NCBI GenBank assembly: GCA_031425655.1
Contig: JANPJS010000262.1
Span: forward strand, 1-29,945
DNA: 29,945 nt
Reading direction: 5' to 3'
From: Abditibacteriaceae bacterium
Lineage (GTDB): Bacteria > Armatimonadota > Abditibacteriia > Abditibacteriales > Abditibacteriaceae
Made by a program: the position numbers and the translations under genes. Position 1 is the stretch's first letter; each line of letters opens with the position of its first letter. The notes beneath the pieces were generated by a model, which made no database searches, was not told the DNA's origin, and saw only the letters and a list, made by a program, of their open reading frames with translations. Positions 27,645 through 29,945 of the stretch are shown piece by piece.

Positions 27645-29708
27645 ATGCCGATGAGAAAAGCTATGAAATTCAAACGCACTCAACACCTGATTCTGGCGTT
27701 GGGCCTCACGCTGACGGCAGTGCAGATGCCGGCGCAGGCGCAAGACGCCGTCAACGATCCTTACCAAGCTCTGGTTAAACGCGAATTCGGCACCGCAGCG
27801 AATGAACTGGCGGCGTTAGAAAAACAAATCGAGTCTTCAAAGTCGGAAGAGCATCCGGCCATCGAAGCGCGGCTTATTGCCGTGATCGAGGCGCCGGGGG
27901 CGACGATGCCGGGCAAACAATTCGCGTGTCAGATGCTTCGCCTTGTCGGATCGCGCAAGTGCGTGCCGTCGGTGGCCAAGCTGCTGGTGGATGAAAAGCT
28001 TTCGCATATGGCGCGAATTGTTATGCAGGGAATCAATGATCCGACTGCCGATCAGGCGCTCCGCGAGGCTCTGGGCAAGACACAGGGCATGGTGCGAATC
28101 GGCATTATTAACACGCTTGGCGACCGTGGCGAAATTGGCTTGGAAAGCGGTTCGCTGACGGCGTTGGCTGGATTGCTTGCCAACGGCGATGAGGCGACAG
28201 TCAATGCTGCGCTCGAAGCCATCGGCAAAATCGGTGGCGTGAAAGCGGCGGATGCACTCGACAAAGCCAAAGTGCCGGACGCTGCGAAAACAATGTGGTC
28301 GCAAGCGTATCTCCGCAGTGCGACCGGCCTGACGGCCAAAGGCGAAACGGCACGCGCGCAAAAAATGTATCAAGTGCTACAGGGCGGCAATTATCCCTCG
28401 CAAGTCCGCGCCGGAGCGTTCCGCGAAATCGTATTTGCACAAAAAGAGCAGGCCGTGCCCATGATCGTCCAAGCCCTCAGCTCCGATGACAAGTTGATGA
28501 GACGAGCGGCGCTGTCCGCGGTGATTGCAGTGCCGGGAGCGGCGGCAACGGCGGCGTTTGCCCGGCAAATCGCCGCGCAAACGCCCGATGGCAAGGCGAC
28601 TCTGTTAAGCGCACTCGCGGCACGCGGCGACGGCGCAGGACTCACGGAGTTGGTCAACACGCTGGCGGCGAGCGAAGACGCCACGGTTCGCGCGGCGGCG
28701 ATTAGCGCGTTGAGCCGGCTCGGCAGTGCTTCGAGCGTGCCGGTGCTCGTCGCTGCGTTGAAGGACGCCGCCAACGGTGCCAACGCGATGCGGGCACTGA
28801 CCGGATTGCGCGGCGAGGGCGTAGCCGATAGCTTGATTAAGCAGGTCGAGAGCGGCGAGGCGTCGCAGCGCGCGAATGTGCTCGGTATGTTGGCAGACCG
28901 CAAACAAGTCGAGGCGCTGCCGGTCGCGCGAAAACTTGCCACTGCCGACGACACAAAAATGCGCGATGCCGCCGTGAAGGTGATTTCAGCGTTGGGCACG
29001 CAGGACGATTTGCAGAGTTTTTCCGACGCGATTTTGACCGCAAAGAACGACGGTGAACGCGAAGCACTCGCCCGCGCGATAACTGCGATTGGCAGCAGAT
29101 TGACGGACAAGACCAAACGTGATGACAGCGTTTTACAGTCTTTTGCAAAAGCCGACGCGCCGACAAAAGTGCAACTGCTGCCCGTGCTGATGTCCTTTGC
29201 CGGGAACCAGGCGCTGCAAGCCACACGCGGCGCGCTCAATGAGCCAGGCGAGGTTCACAAAGCCGCCGTGCGTGCCTTAGCGCAGTGGCCCGACACCGCA
29301 CCGCTGGCCGATTTGCGCAACGTGTCGAAGACGGATGCTGACCCTGTTGTTCGCATCCTCGCGCTGCGCGGCTGGATCGGGATGATCGGCAAAGCGGGAT
29401 TGAAGACCGAGGAGAAAGCCCAGTCTTTTCGTGAAGCGATGGAGCTTTCGACACGCCCCGAAGAAAAACGTCAGGTGCTGGGCGAGATTGGCAGAATAGG
29501 GCATATAGACTCGCTGAAAATCGTCGAGCCATTTTTGGAGGACGCCGCTTTGAAGCGCGAGGCTTTGCAAGCCTATCAGCAAATCGCCGAATCTCTGGTG
29601 GATAAGCAGCCGGTCGTTGCCAAAGAAGCGCTGCAAAAAGTCGTGGCCTCCACGACCGACACCGGCTTGCGCCAGAAAGCGCTGGCGGCGCTTGCGAGAA
29701 TCAAATAG
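27645..29708 (+). CDS. Secreted HEAT-repeat protein (start possibly 27663)
   Basis: Signal peptide (MKFKRTQHLILALGLTLTAVQMPAQAQ); recurring VRAAAISALSRLG-type helical repeats. Confidence 0.85.
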   Translation: MPMRKAMKFKRTQHLILALGLTLTAVQMPAQAQDAVNDPYQALVKREFGTAANELAALEKQIESSKSEEHPAIEARLIAVIEAPGATMPGKQFACQMLRLVGSRKCVPSVAKLLVDEKLSHMARIVMQGINDPTADQALREALGKTQGMVRIGIINTLGDRGEIGLESGSLTALAGLLANGDEATVNAALEAIGKIGGVKAADALDKAKVPDAAKTMWSQAYLRSATGLTAKGETARAQKMYQVLQGGNYPSQVRAGAFREIVFAQKEQAVPMIVQALSSDDKLMRRAALSAVIAVPGAAATAAFARQIAAQTPDGKATLLSALAARGDGAGLTELVNTLAASEDATVRAAAISALSRLGSASSVPVLVAALKDAANGANAMRALTGLRGEGVADSLIKQVESGEASQRANVLGMLADRKQVEALPVARKLATADDTKMRDAAVKVISALGTQDDLQSFSDAILTAKNDGEREALARAITAIGSRLTDKTKRDDSVLQSFAKADAPTKVQLLPVLMSFAGNQALQATRGALNEPGEVHKAAVRALAQWPDTAPLADLRNVSKTDADPVVRILALRGWIGMIGKAGLKTEEKAQSFREAMELSTRPEEKRQVLGEIGRIGHIDSLKIVEPFLEDAALKREALQAYQQIAESLVDKQPVVAKEALQKVVASTTDTGLRQKALAALARIK

Positions 29709-29740
29709 TTCCTGTGCAACCTTTGGTGGAGAAAATCACG

Positions 29741-29945
29741 ATGAAAAATACAACTCAACAATCCTCAGCCACTCTTGGTCGGCGGCAATTTTTGAAGGCC
29801 GCAACGGGCGCGATGGTGCTGCCTTATTTTGTTCCGGCTTCTGCTCTGGGCAAAGACGGACGCCCGGCTCCCAGCGAACGCATCGTCATGGGGGGCATCG
29901 GCATCGGCAGTCAGGGCGGCGGCGATCAGGGCGCGTTCTTTGGCC
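29741..29945 (+). CDS. Tat-exported Gfo/Idh/MocA-family oxidoreductase, N-terminal part (runs off the window)
   Basis: Hand translation: MKNTTQQSSATLGRRQFLKAATGAMVLPYFVPASALGKDGRPAPSERIVMGGIGIGSQG; RRxFLK Tat motif, Rossmann GxIGxG; GGAG RBS. Confidence 0.85.
   Translation, partial: MKNTTQQSSATLGRRQFLKAATGAMVLPYFVPASALGKDGRPAPSERIVMGGIGIGSQGGGDQGAFFG

Overview
Bacterial chromosomal window in three parts. (1) 1-7130: a housekeeping run of a four-helix-bundle (IVS/Avd-like) gene bracketed by inverted heptamer-based repeat arrays, guaA, a small hypothetical, hpt, rho with a long low-complexity N-terminal insertion, a GT2 polyprenol-P-mannose synthase-like gene, a secreted hypothetical and a tRNA-Cys/Gln/Glu operon whose spacers are long heptamer hairpins. 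(2) ~7056-19156: a probable 12.1-kb island bounded by a 13-bp direct repeat of the tRNA-Glu 3' end. It has no visible integrase and carries a signalling cascade (two large PAS/GAF kinases, NarL-type regulator, stand-alone receiver, REC-HD-GYP), pseudogenes and nested MITE/REP-like elements. (3) 19226-29945: a LacI-led arabinoxylan operon with a 1726-aa GH51-GH10-CE1-CE1 multi-catalytic enzyme and a GH43, then a divergent secreted HEAT-repeat gene and the start of a Tat-exported Gfo/Idh/MocA oxidoreductase. All calls are by eye from motifs; no database searches were run.
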